Shown here piece after piece: positions 42,872 to 57,071 of a stretch of 64,000 bases of DNA (its first letter is position 1; each line of letters starts with the position of its first letter). The position numbers were made by a program, and so were the translations under genes. Location: contig OZ024749.1 of NCBI GenBank assembly GCA_964016885.1, forward strand, positions 44,578,001 to 44,642,000. Reading direction: 5' to 3'. A model generated the notes under the pieces. It saw only the letters and a program-made list of their open reading frames with translations, was not told where the DNA came from and did no database searches. Source of the DNA: Eledone cirrhosa (taxonomy: Eukaryota).

Positions 42872-43873
42872 ATATATATATATATACATATTCTCTCAAT
42901 CATTTTCTCTCTCTCTCTATCTGTCTCTATCTCTCTGTCTCTGCCTCTCGCTCGCTCGTTCTCTCTCTGCTTCAATTGGGAGAAGTTTCAAATCGAGTGA
43001 GTAATGGGTTCTCTGCCAGGTATAAATATACCATAACTGTGCCTCACTGACACCGTTAAGTGTTCCAGCCATTTGATCGCTCAAACCTTTAACAAAATAT
43101 TAGTCTAGTCGAATCACACTTCACCGGCTGACATAACACATTGAATAACATAGTCTAATAATACAATACAATACTACACTATACAATACAGGTTGGTCAA
43201 TACTCGGAACGAATTTTGTTATAATTTATAATTCTCATCAATCCGGGATGACCGGAGGCTAAGCGTCATAATGACACCATCAGCAAATCCATGACGACAA
43301 TAAGAACAACAACATAAACACTAAGAACTACTGTAATTAAGAAAAAATATATAATTGTTGATGTATAACGTCATCAGATAGAAACATGACAATGGTTATC
43401 TTTAAAAATCATGATGGTGATTCTTACACATTTTTTCTCTTTTGTTATCTAAACATTCTTCAACCACTCTCAAACATATGCCGTCATTCAAGCATCTTTT
43501 TTTATGTTGTTCGTCTGTTTTTATGCTTTATTCCTTATTTTTTTTTATCTATTGTAATTCTTCACTTTGACCAACCATTTACAATGAATCATTCTCATCA
43601 TTTTCTTCTATCCTCTGAATGAAACAACTTACGTGCAGCAGAAATACATGCTTACACACACACACACTCACTCACACGTAAAAAGACACACACACAGACA
43701 CATATATATATACACACACACATACATACACATATACACACACACATACACAGACAGTCTCACACACACTGATACAAACTTATATGAAAACATATACATA
43801 TATACATACATAAACACATACACGTGTATATATACACTGTTATATACATACATATATATATATATATATACAT

Positions 43874-43928
<55 letters not shown>

Positions 43929-43929
43929 C

Positions 43930-43994
<65 letters not shown>

Positions 43995-44027
43995 CACATG
44001 TGTATACACACGCAAATACACACACAG

Positions 44028-44086
<59 letters not shown>

Positions 44087-44604
44087 TTGTAATATGCATT
44101 TTCCTTTACGATATATTTTTTTAATGCAGCCTCTTTTTCTTTTTTCTTTTTCCCTATATTTCTTTATATTCCACCCGAACCACCCCAACAACTTTACCTC
44201 CTATTGTTCTCTGAGTGTCATCATCACTAGCTATTCTCATTCTGCCTCTATTCTTATCTGCTGCTCATAGTGGTATACGATTCTGGTGTAAACAATGGCA
44301 TTTTATCTTGGTCTCTGAACTTTCTATTGGTCCTTGAAGACTTCGGTTTCTTTCTTTAAGTGCGTCTGTTTGTTTTTTTTTTGTATTTGTTGTTTTTGAT
44401 GCTGTTGTTGTTATTGTGGTTATTTTATTTATTTATAATTGTTTTTGTTGTTGTTTTTTAAACACAGCTTACCCTTTCCTCTACACTGTGTATACAGACT
44501 AGATATGTCCGTTATGCAGGGTCTTTACTCTAAATATTGATAACAACAACTCAGCAATAATAATGAGAAAAATAATAGTTGTTATTATTATTAAGATAAA
44601 GTAA

Positions 44605-45441
44605 GGGCAGTGAATTGGCAGTATCGGTAGTGGGTTGGACGCCATGCTTTGCAGCATAGAGTTATGTCCCTTTACGGTCTGAGTTCAAATCCCGCCTAGG
44701 TTAACTTTACCTTTCATCCTTACGGGGTCGATAAAATAAAGTACCAGTCAAGCACAGGGGTCGATTTAATCGACTTTCTCCTCCCCCAAAATTATTGGCC
44801 TTGTGCCTATACAAGAAACCATTATTAAGCGGTGTTGGCATTATCGGTGGAGGGTCGGACGCCATGCTTTGCAGCATAGTTACGTCCCTTAACGATCTGA
44901 GTTCAAACCCCGCCGAGGTTGACTTTGCCTTTCATCCTTACGGGGTCGATAAAATAAAGTACCAGTAATGCACTGGTAAATTGCTGGCCTTGTGCCAAAA
45001 GTAGAAATAATTATTAAGATAAAGTGGATGATGATGATGGTGATAACAATAACGACAACAATATTAATAATAATTGTTTCTACTCTTGGCACAAGGCCAG
45101 CAATTACCCCAGTGTATTACTGGTGCTTTATTTTATCGAACCCGTAAGGATGATGAAAGGCAAAGTTAACCTCGGCGGGATTTGAACTAAGACCGTAAAG
45201 GGCCGTAACTTTATGCTTCCATTAATAATATTAATAACGGTCTCTGATTTAGGATCAAGGCCAGCAATCTTTTGGTGGGAGGCGAAAGTCGATAAAATCG
45301 ACCCCAGTGCGTGACCACGTAAGGATCAAAGGCAAAGTTTTCCTCGTTGGACGGTGGGATTTGAACTCAGAACGTAAAGGGCCGTAAATCTATGCGGCAA
45401 AGTATGGTGTCAGATGCTCTACCGATACTGCCAATACACCG
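44605..45441. mobile_element. Four family A SINEs (44605-44825 +, 44830-45012 +, 45073-45218 -, 45238-45441 -)
   Basis: Family A motifs; nested TSDs ATTATTAAG(ATAAAGT). Confidence 0.92.
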
Positions 45442-45949
45442 AATAATTGTAATAAAAACGTTGCTATTGATGGTATTGGTGGTTATATTAGTGGCAGTTT
45501 CATAATGATGATGATGACGATAGTGATCATCATCATCATCATCATCATCAGCCTAACGAGCAGCTACACCAGCCTCTTCCTTATTGATATTACAACAACA
45601 TGCTATAATAAAATCTATTGATAGACCCTCCATTACTAACTTACTGCTCTCTTATCAAACTATTTCCTAGATTGATTGAGATGTTCTCAGCATATCAGTT
45701 GAAAATATATGTCGATTACTCAGAAGTAGTTGTGAATATTCTGATGGTGCAATGTAATTAGTTGGGTGTGAAAGAGAAAAATAGAATCATATGACAGGAT
45801 AAGCGATGCCAGCGAATTCGTGATATTTTAATAGCTGTTGTAGCTAGAAACTAAAGACGAGCGAGAGACTAAAAATGGCTTACAATGGCAAAATATTGAA
45901 AAGCATGATTTTGTCGTGACTTTCATAACTAGAAGAAAAAAGATTGACA

Positions 45950-46790
45950 TTGCAAGATTCGGAGTAGGCCGCCTAAAAGTGCAAAGTTGACAGGATTATT
46001 GAGTGTACTAAGATGACACAAACCGGATATAAAAGTAGAATTTGTAGAAAAGACAATATGCGCTATGATGTTAGGAAATTTTTATTAAAGTATATTAGAA
46101 TTCTACCATTAGCAGCAAGCAAATGTTATAGAAAATCCATCATGTGTAATGTGCTCTTGCCATGGGGTTATATCCATATTGTAAGTCACGAAAATCAAAT
46201 GCTGTCATAAAAGAGAATATTGACAACTAAGCAAAATCGTATATTTTGCTATATCATATGATCAAATAGTTGCTAGATTAGAAACACTTTATCCATTGAA
46301 TAATATATGATATTGTAATCTCCGGTGGAAAGTTCATATTGCCAGTGGGCCGCGGGGATCATAATCTATCGTGTCTTTTAAGATCAGCAACAGTGTTTCT
46401 TTAAACAAGAGAAGTTTACCATTTACCAACGTTTGCATACTTTAAGAAATGAACTAAATTAGGAAGAGCAAAAATAGTGTAAGTTAGGGAAAATGGAAGG
46501 AGCAGTGGAATCTACACCACTGTCTAGGCAATATATCTAAGCCTCACCCCACGGACAAAATGGGGAAGGCATAACCACGAAGAACAGCCAACGACTCTAG
46601 CTGCCTGAATTACTCTTCATAGGGTTCCGTTCTCATGGACGATACACTACTCTCAATTTTGCGCAGAAAAACGTCAGTCCTGGAAGCGAGGACGTCAGAT
46701 GTCTTGAAAGCAAACGGCACGATATGAAAGCTGTGGCTCAAGGCCCGATATCTATCTCGTATAATCAATTATGTCACCAATATTGATATC
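45950..46790 (+). pseudogene. Possible piggyBac-like transposase fossil
   Basis: Broken fragments in piggyBac order: RKDNM, IENPSCV, NQMLS*, and C-terminal RYESCGSRPDIYL; many stops and frameshifts. Confidence 0.25.
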
Positions 46791-47428
46791 GGCAGTCTCC
46801 AGTTGTGAGGAGAAAAATGTTGCCTCAAGAGTCCTTCTGAGGAAACCATCACCTATGGTGCCATAATTAAGGTTATGAATTCGATCTGAGGAGGACCCAA
46901 TATTTTTCTGTTCTCCTTCGAACTACTGCAATCCATAAATCATCATTTTATCCATATTTTTCTTCTCTCAACACCCGCCAGCACTTCCAGACGCAATTGA
47001 AAAGGATCATAGGAGCGGCTGATCAATTTCTAGAATAAACAATGGAAAGCCAAACGCCAAAATATATATCAGATATTACAAACTGCTATTGATAGTCACT
47101 GATAGGTATCAATAGATGGCCTGGAATTAAAACAAAGGATAACTACCTTTCTGGGTTGAATAACTGTGTGAATTTCTCATATCAAACATAATATACATGC
47201 ATACGTTCTGCATATATATATACAGACATACATTTAGAAATACGTACATACGCGCATACAAACATACATACATGCAGTCATATGTACGTGCATACATACA
47301 TACATCGATATATACGTGCATACATACATATATTCATAGATACATACACACATACATACATTATATACGTATATATATATATATGCATACATATATACAT
47401 ACATAAATACATACATACGGACATACAT

Positions 47429-47461
<33 letters not shown>

Positions 47462-47532
47462 CATACATATATATATATATATATATAAATATACATACAT
47501 ACATACACACATATATATATATATATACATAC

Positions 47533-47565
<33 letters not shown>

Positions 47566-47574
47566 TATATACAT

Positions 47575-47606
<32 letters not shown>

Positions 47607-47946
47607 GTATGTATAAATATATGTATAAATATATATATATATATACATATGGTATATCGTGCAATGGCCATACTCGATAACGAGGGGGCAGTCATCATCA
47701 TCATCATATAAGTTTGTATGTATATATATATATATATATATATAGGCATACACATTAAGATAGATATGTAAACTGCCCATACACTGATGTGCAAGCAAAT
47801 GACACCATGTCGTGGTAGGAGTGAGAAATTAAAAATGTGGGACAAAAAATTAGAGAAAAATAACAAATGCGACTGGGACAACTGTTTTATACGCACGTGT
47901 ATGTATATATGCGTGTATGTATGTGTGTATGTATATATGTATGTAC

Positions 47947-47977
<31 letters not shown>

Positions 47978-48018
47978 TGTATGTATGTATGTACATATGT
48001 ATGTATGTATGTATGTAC

Positions 48019-48049
<31 letters not shown>

Positions 48050-48212
48050 TGTATTTATGTATGCATGTATGTGTGTATGTATTTATGCATGTATGTATGT
48101 ATGGGTGAATGCATCCATACACACATATATCTATATGTATGTATTTGTGTATTTACATACGTATTCTTTTTACTGTACGTCGTCACGCACGCACATAGAT
48201 GCTGATGTACAG

Positions 48213-48245
<33 letters not shown>

Positions 48246-48262
48246 CATACATATATATATAT

Positions 48263-48324
<62 letters not shown>

Positions 48325-48489
48325 CGAAAGAGATTGAGAGTAAAGTAAGCAAGGCACCAGAGAGAGAGAGAGAGAGTGTGTGTGTGTGTGTGTGCGTGTG
48401 CGTGTACGTGTGTGTACCAGAAAGAGAGAGAAAGAGAGGGGGTGTGTGAGAGAGAGAGTGATAGATAGGTAGAGAGAAAGAAAGAAGGA

Positions 48490-48529
<40 letters not shown>

Positions 48530-49006
48530 AAAAAGAAAGAAAGAAGGAAATCTAGAAAAGACATAAAGGAGGAAAGAGAAAGTAAAATATAGTAAGAGGA
48601 TGGGAAGAGAGGAGACAGTTAGACAGCGTGACTCGACGGGGTGTAATGAAGAGAAGTATATTGCTAGCATTTATTCCATGTGACAAAACTAAGGACCTGT
48701 CATTTGCAGAAATTAACAAAAGTCTTGCAGGCCTTAAACGTGTAATTAAGTATAGAGTTTCGTCATTTCAATTGGCACAGACGGAATTTCAAACTGTAGA
48801 GGACTAGTGTTTCTTCTGATAGGGTCTAGTCTGTGTCTATGTAGGACTTACTACTACTGCTACTGATAATGTTATTGCTACTGCTATTGCTACTACTATT
48901 GCTACAGTTATTGTGATTATCGGGCATGATTATGCTGTTCATGATGATGTTGATTTTGGTGTTATTAATGATAGTGCTTTGATGAAGATGATGTTGATGT
49001 TCTTGT

Positions 49007-49812
49007 TTGGCAGTATCGGTAGAGGGTCGGACGCCATGCTTTGTAGCATAGAGTTACGTCCCTTTATGGTATGAGTTCAAATCCCGTCGAGGTTAACTTT
49101 GCCTTTCATCCTTACGGGGTCGATAAAATAAAGTACCAGTTATACACTGGGATAATTGCTGACCTTGTGCCAAAAGTAGAAACAATTATTTTGATGATGA
49201 TAATGCTGATGTTGGGACTTACTCCTACAACTACTTCTATTGCTACGGTTATTGTGGTTATTGATGATGATGTTGTCCGTGTTGTTGTTGTTGTTGTTGT
49301 TGTTTATGATAATACATTGATGATGATGTTGTTGTTGAAGTCGCGTTATTGCTGATATTTTTTGATGGTGCTGACGTTGTAGTTGATATTGTTTTAATAA
49401 TTGTTTCTACTTTTTGGCACAAGGCCAACAATTATTCCAGTGTATTACTGGTACTTTATTTTATCGACCCCGTAAGGATGAAAGGCAAAGTTAACCTCGG
49501 CGCAATTTGAACTCAGAATGGCAAGGGCCGTAACTCTATGCGCCAAATCATGGCATCCGACCCTCTACCGATACTGCCAACCACCGATAATAATGATTTC
49601 TTATATAGGCACAAGGTCAGCAATTTGGGGGGGGGGGGGAGATGAAGTCGATTAAATCGACACAAGTGCTTGGCTGGTCCTTTATTTTATCGACCGCATA
49701 AGGATGAAAGGCAAAGTTAACCTCGGCGGGATTTGAACTCAGATCATAAAGGGCAGTAACTCTATGCAAAACATGGCGTGCGACCCACTACCGATACTGC
49801 CAATCCACCGCC
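49007..49812. mobile_element. Three family A SINEs (49007-49188 +, 49399-49586 -, 49595-49812 -)
   Basis: Family A motifs. Confidence 0.92.
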
Positions 49813-51370
49813 TTACTTCTATGTATAATAATACAACTAGGAACTCTCTATCTCATTACCAAGGTTTTAGTTAAAGCAACTTTGTAAATGTAGTTACATA
49901 TAGCTTTACCACAAACTATAGATAACTTAAAACCTTTTAATAGAAACGCAATTAAGGAGAGTTACATGTGTTATAAACATTTTGTTCATGATATTAATCA
50001 TTTTTAGGAAGAGATTTTAATGAATTTGAAGTTCTAAGATAACTACGGTTTCGTCCGTGATATCCTTGCCTCTGTTCTTGTCCTTAATACATTAGACGCA
50101 GAAATATTCCCACTTTGGTTATTGGAAATCGCTCAAATGAGAAAAATATTCTGCCGAATCCATGACAGAGCATTTATGTGGTAGCTTAATATTTTAAAAA
50201 TATCAGTTAATTATTTCTACCGCTCTCTCACACTATAGAATCATGCGACGTACTTTCCAGTTTCTAATTTGAGACAAAATATGTTAGAAAATCTGTTGAT
50301 GTTCCTTTATCAAAAATGTCATCAAATAGTCTCTGAATCAAATTTGGGTAGTTCATAAGTGTAACCAACAATGCTATGGCCTAACAAGAGCGGGCGTGGG
50401 GACGATTATTCAAGACCTGACAGTACATGCTTAAATCTTCTAAATTGAAGGAGATAGTGACTAGCTGCTCTTTAGCGTAGTTGATAACGCAATAGTCCAA
50501 GTGTACTTTACCCGATTTGCTCAACCATTATTATGATAATTTAGGTTGAGATACACACAATGAACCCCCACCACATTCTCTTTCTCAATATATCTATATA
50601 TCTATCTCTCTCTCTCTATATATGCATATATATATCTGCCGTTCTACAAAATATCTAGATCTGTTACCCCAGGATTATATAGCAGCGAATGATTTCCTCT
50701 CTATATAGTAATTTTACAATATCATACACAAAACTCAATAAAACCAACAAGAGTAACAAAAACATTAAAAATGTCTAAGAGAAGAAGCAAGAATTATTCA
50801 TTTTTATATACATTTTTATTTCATTTTAATAGGAAATGAAAAAAATGTTGAACCTTTATTTCTAATAAATTACCGCATTTATCCGAAAGGTTCACAGGGT
50901 TGACTGGACCCCAAGGAGTTTACTTTAAATAGGCTGGTATTCTCGTTACTGGGCTATTTTAAAACCAATGAGAACTTTTTCAAAAATTCTTAATGAATGT
51001 AGAATAAAAAAAAAATTAATTAATTTGCAATGAAATTGCTTAAATCCCCACTGAAACGCTTAAAGCTATTCGCTGTACGTTCAACTTTTTCCCAGAATTT
51101 ACGTAATTTGGTGGAAAAATAATTACGGTAGACCACCATTAATCGGTCGAGATAGAAGTTGGAAAGAAAGGTTTCATCACGTTCTTCCATACATTATTCG
51201 GCTATAAATTGTCGCAGAAATTATTTCATTGTGTTTGATTATGCAAAACGTCATTAAAGCTCCTGCATGTATTTATGTTTAAGTTTAAGTATGCATGCGC
51301 GATAGGCGATGTGTACCTCAGAGCGTACATGCCTCTATCTGTGTACACACATACGCACATACATATATAC

Positions 51371-51422
<52 letters not shown>

Positions 51423-51510
51423 GGGTATATATATGTATATATGTATATATATATATATATTATATATATAATGTGTGTGTGTGTTCATAAACATTCCAAT
51501 AATATATATG

Positions 51511-51545
<35 letters not shown>

Positions 51546-51855
51546 GTATATATATTCCTCTCTCTGTGTCCATGTTGCTTCTAAAAAATACTAATATAAT
51601 AATCTGAAATATTGTAAGATAATTATTGCAATATTCTAAACCGGGAGAATAATTTTTACAATGTCAACATGGTTTCTCTGAATACAGGGTTAACTAAGAT
51701 CCTATTGCACTAATCTATAGTTCATGTCGTTTTAAAAATAGAGAGGGGGAGCGCCCACAATACATATAATTAAGGATGTAATTAAAAGCAGCTAATTACT
51801 CCCTATTGTGACATTTAAATACATCGACGTTGTCATCAGCCACTGAAGTAAAAAT

Positions 51856-52099
<244 letters not shown>

Positions 52100-52138
52100 T
52101 ATCTGTGTGGATGTGATGTAGTAATATCCGGTCATGGT

Positions 52139-52227
52139 ATCTGTTTTCAAGCCATGGTTTCTTCTTCTTCTTCTTCTTCTTCTTCTTCTTCTTCTTCTTC
52201 TTCTTCTTCTTCTTCTTCTTCTTCTTC
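52139..52227. repeat. (TTC)n microsatellite
   Basis: Direct. Confidence 0.97.
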
Positions 52228-52557
52228 TTCTTCTTCTTCTTCTTCTTGTGACTAGAAGGGAACTAACAACTGAAACCTTACAAACTTTAAATTAAAGCAA
52301 TAGAAACCTGTTGACAAGGCCAGGTGTTTCTAGCTAGTTACAGTTAAGGTTTTCTCAATAAAGCTCCATAACTCGGGTACCGTTGATTTGAATGGTCGCT
52401 AGAAAAAACACTTTCATTTGCGTTGTCAGAAATAACTGAACATAATATCTTTGCATCTAGTATTGAACCAATTGTAATGTAACACATATTTCGACTATAT
52501 TCGAACCTTTCAGTATTACTGTAGAAAAGAACATATAACCACTCCCTTGCCTATAAT

Positions 52558-52768
52558 GGTTTCTTATAAAGTCACAAGGCCAGCAATTTTTGTGGGGAGG
52601 GGAAAGTCGATTAAACCGACTCCAGTGCGTGACTGGTACTATATTTAATCGACCCCGTAAGGATGAAAGGCAAAGTTAACCTCGGCGGGATTTGAACTCA
52701 GATCATAAAGGGCCGTAACTCTATGCTGCAAAGCATGGCGTCCGACCCTCTACAGATACTGCTAATCT
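52558..52768 (-). mobile_element. Family A SINE (long variant) with TSD
   Basis: Flanked by CTTG(C/T)CTATAAT. Confidence 0.9.
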
Positions 52769-53995
52769 CTTGTCTATAATATTGTGTCAACATAACTGTT
52801 CCCTTGATTGAATTAACCCTACCGCTGCTACTTGTTTGAATGCTATGCTTTCGAGTAATTTTCCTTATGGCTGATGTGCAACAGTCTAATTTACGATAAC
52901 TATATATCAATCATGATAGGCGCCTAGTCATACTCTGCCAGGTGGGTAACATACATGACAACGTATAAGGAGAACGAAGGGTTAGGTTGCTATTATTGTT
53001 GGAGATTGTGATGATAGGAAAAAAAAAAAAACATATCATCAGCTAAAAAACACAAAACAAGCATAGAAAAATAAACCACAAAAAAGCCGACATGAAAAAT
53101 CCTTAAATTCACAAGTATACAAAACAAACAGCTAACACTTTTTCACATAACAGAACAAAACCGAAATGTTCAAGCAAATGAAGATACGTTTGTGTAATGG
53201 ATAAAACTAAACCGAATAAAATCGTTTCCATTTCTAATTTTTCCCTACTTCGAGTCTTATTTCCTTTCTTTTTCTTTTGTACATCCATTTTGGTCTCACC
53301 CCTACATCTTTCCCTCACCCACTTCTCTCTCAGTCCTTTTTTGTTCCACTTGTTTACTTTCCTTTGTTTTTTTGTGTTCTTTTTAGTGTGAGAAAGTGTG
53401 AGTGCATGTGTGTGTGTGTGTGTGTGTGTAAATTTCGGTGAATAACTGCAATAAAACAACCCTGTTAAATGAGCGATCTAATCAATATGTTAGCGAGTGG
53501 CTTTTCTGAGATTCTGTTAAATGAATCCTTATATCAGAGAAACAGGATTAAGAGAGATTCTAGTTTGACAGACTGATAAAAGGAAGATCTAAGCTAAAAT
53601 TTCAATCCGAGGTAGCATCAAAGAATAAAAAATAAAAAATAAAAATCCTTAACAATTTAGAGTTAAAAAATATATATATGAAAATAAAAAAATCATTCGT
53701 ACAGAGACACTCGTGTAAAGAGGAAAAAAATGGTTTACTTTTGAGAACAATTTGTCATCGTTTATAGCATCCCCATTACTATACTCACAAACACATACAC
53801 ATACACACATATATATGTATTTGTGATTGTGTCTATTTTTTCATGTATATACGCACTCATGTGTATCTGTGTTGATGTGAATAAATATACAAAATAGCCT
53901 GTGGCTGTGTGGGCGTGCTATAAGCATGTATATGGTATATTTTATATATCTGAGTTCGTATTCTTTTCATATCAAGATGCGTTCATAATAATACT

Positions 53996-54045
<50 letters not shown>

Positions 54046-54047
<2 letters not shown>

Positions 54048-54387
54048 GTGGCCTGCCCATTCGACACGAGAGTGCAAGAGAAGGAGAGGGAGAAAATTAA
54101 CCGATACCAAGACTTAAAGTGGGAGATAAAAAGGATTTGGAACTGCCATGAAGTCAAAGTGGTCCCGATTGTCATAGGCGCACTAGGTACTATCTCAAAA
54201 AGTTTCAAGGGATGGTTAAAGAAAATTGGCCCCACCACACTTTTTGGAACGCTTCAAAAGGCATGCTTGCTGGGAACAGCAATAACCCTCCGATACGTCC
54301 TGAATATCTGAGGCTGCAGGTAGTGGCTTGATATTCATTTCAACAAACTTTCCAGTTAACTAACATCAATGACTGAGGCTCAAAGAA

Positions 54388-54390
<3 letters not shown>
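54046..54390 (+). mobile_element. R4/Dong-type retrotransposon 3' fragment in (AAT)n
   Basis: VACPFDTRVQEKEREKINRYQDLKWE...LRYVLNI* and 3' UTR nearly identical to 14073-14420. Confidence 0.92.
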
Positions 54391-54437
<47 letters not shown>

Positions 54438-54450
54438 TAATAATAATAAT

Positions 54451-54828
54451 TTTGGCACAAGGCCAACAATTTCGGGGAAATTAAATCGATTAAATGGACC
54501 CAAGTGCTTTACTGGTACTTTGTTTTATCTATCCCGTAAGGATGAACGCCAAAGCGGGATTTGAACTCTATGCTGCAAAGTATGCTCCCCGATGCTCTAC
54601 CCATATTGCCAATCCACCACCTATAATAATAATAATAATTGTTTCTACTTTAGGCACAAGGCCAGCAATTACCCAGTGCATTACTGGTACTTTATTTTAT
54701 CGACCCCGTAAGGATGAAAGGCAAAGTTAACCTTGGCGGGATTTGAACTCAGAATGGCAAGGGCCGTAACTCTATACGTCAAAGCATGGCGTCCGACCCT
54801 CTAACGATACTGCCAAATCACCGCCCTC

Positions 54829-54866
<38 letters not shown>

Positions 54867-55287
54867 TACTAAAAAAATATTTATTTCCTCTTGTCTCCAC
54901 GTACAGGTGTGTCCTTGCAAGACCAACATACCTGTCTTGGTAATTTAATTGTTTCTACTTTTTGTCACAAGGACAGCAATTACCCAGTGCATTACTGGTA
55001 CTTTATTTTATCGACCCCGTAAGGATGAAAGGCAAAGTTTACCTCGGCTGGATTTGAACTCAGTCCGTAAAGGGGAGTAACTCTTTGCTGCAAAACATGG
55101 CGTCCGACCCTCTACCGATACTGCCAATCCATCGCCCTTGGTAATTTAATTGTTTCTACTTTAGGCACAAGGTCAGCAATTATCCCAGTGCATTACTGGT
55201 ACTTTATTTTATCGACCCCGTAAGGATGAAAGGCAAAGTCAACCTCGGCGAGATTTGAACTCAGATCGTAAAGGGACGTAACTATGC
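54451..55287 (-). mobile_element. Four family A SINEs (54451-54621, 54637-54826, 54948-55136, 55149-55287)
   Basis: Family A motifs; triple TGGTAATTTAAT TSD. Confidence 0.92.
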
Positions 55288-55597
55288 TGGTAATTTAATG
55301 TAGTTCAATGTTTGTTCAACTTTGATATCGCAAACGTATCCTCGTCTTGCACATCCCATCCGCTTTTCTAATATAACTTAATTTAAACTACAATATACAA
55401 ACTCATGTATGTTTTAAGTGATAGTGTATGATCTGAGGTAGATATGGCTCATATTTCTTGCAGTCTCAATGATGTGGCCTTTGTCCCGATATTTGTTACT
55501 TCATTTTAAATTGCTTCAGCACCACTCATCCCAGGAACCAGTGTATCCCAGGAACTATGTTCAAATTCATTTCTCTCTTCAGTATCTGCTCTAAGTA

Positions 55598-55636
<39 letters not shown>

Positions 55637-55774
55637 GTGTGTCTGTGTGTGTGGCATCGAACTTAAAGAAGTGGATAAATAATAAATAAACATACCGATA
55701 TCTATACAAATGTTGATACTAATATACGTATAATACTAACTTAGTTATAATACTAAGGTAAATTACTAACTTAT

Positions 55775-55949
55775 AATTGTTTCTACCTTTGGCACAAGGC
55801 CAGCAATTATCACAGTGTATTACTGGTACTTTATTTTATCGACCCCGTAAGGATGAAAAGCAAAGTTAACCTCGGCACGATTTGAACTCAACAACTCTTT
55901 GCTGCAAAGCATGGCGTCCAACCCTCTACCGATATTGCCAATCCACCGC
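55775..55949 (-). mobile_element. Family A SINE inside a short TATAATACTAAC tandem array (55715-56040)
   Basis: Family A motifs; the repeat units continue on both sides. Confidence 0.88.
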
Positions 55950-56460
55950 ACTTATTTATAATACTAACTAAGGTATATTACTAACTTACTTATAATACTA
56001 ACTAAGGTATACTACTAACTTACTTATAATATTAACTTAGGGGGAAATAAAGATAACAAGGATGTCTTACTAAGGAAGTCACTGGTTTTCGACTAATATA
56101 AAGAAAAATATTCATTGATCATTGCATCATTTACCTTGGGGATATAAGTTTTGTTGAAATGTAAACATAACATAAATATGCTAACGAGGTGAATATAATT
56201 TATCGGTTTGTCGAATAATGCAATAATGCAACATAAATAAATCATCGTTAATCAGTAAAGAGTTATTTAGGTAATAATTATAACCTAAAGTGAAAAATAT
56301 AAATAACTATAAACATAATAGCAAAATGTATAATTTTGCAAATAGTTTTAGTCGTCAGTTTGCTCGGATTTTTTGGCTTGCGAGAAAGTCTATTTAATCG
56401 TAACTCCGGGAACATATTGTCTTTTTTCTATATTTATAGGTGAAATGATATATAAGCTTG

Positions 56461-56512
<52 letters not shown>

Positions 56513-56534
56513 GGTAAAGATACGTATGTTGGTA

Positions 56535-56598
<64 letters not shown>

Positions 56599-56694
56599 TG
56601 TATGTGTGTGTGTGTGCATGCTTGTAAAAGTTAAACAGAAATAACATATATATGTCTGTTTTTTAGTGATATATATATATATATATATACTAAC

Positions 56695-56770
<76 letters not shown>

Positions 56771-56807
56771 ACATATATATATATATATATTAATATATAT
56801 ATACTAA

Positions 56808-56890
<83 letters not shown>

Positions 56891-57017
56891 TTTATACACA
56901 CACACATATATATACATATGTGTGTGTGTGTGTCTGTGTGTATATAAACTCCCTGCTATCATGGGAGATAAGCTTAAATAGTACAGAAGCACAACACCTG
57001 AGGCCAGTGTCATATGC

Positions 57018-57071
<54 letters not shown>

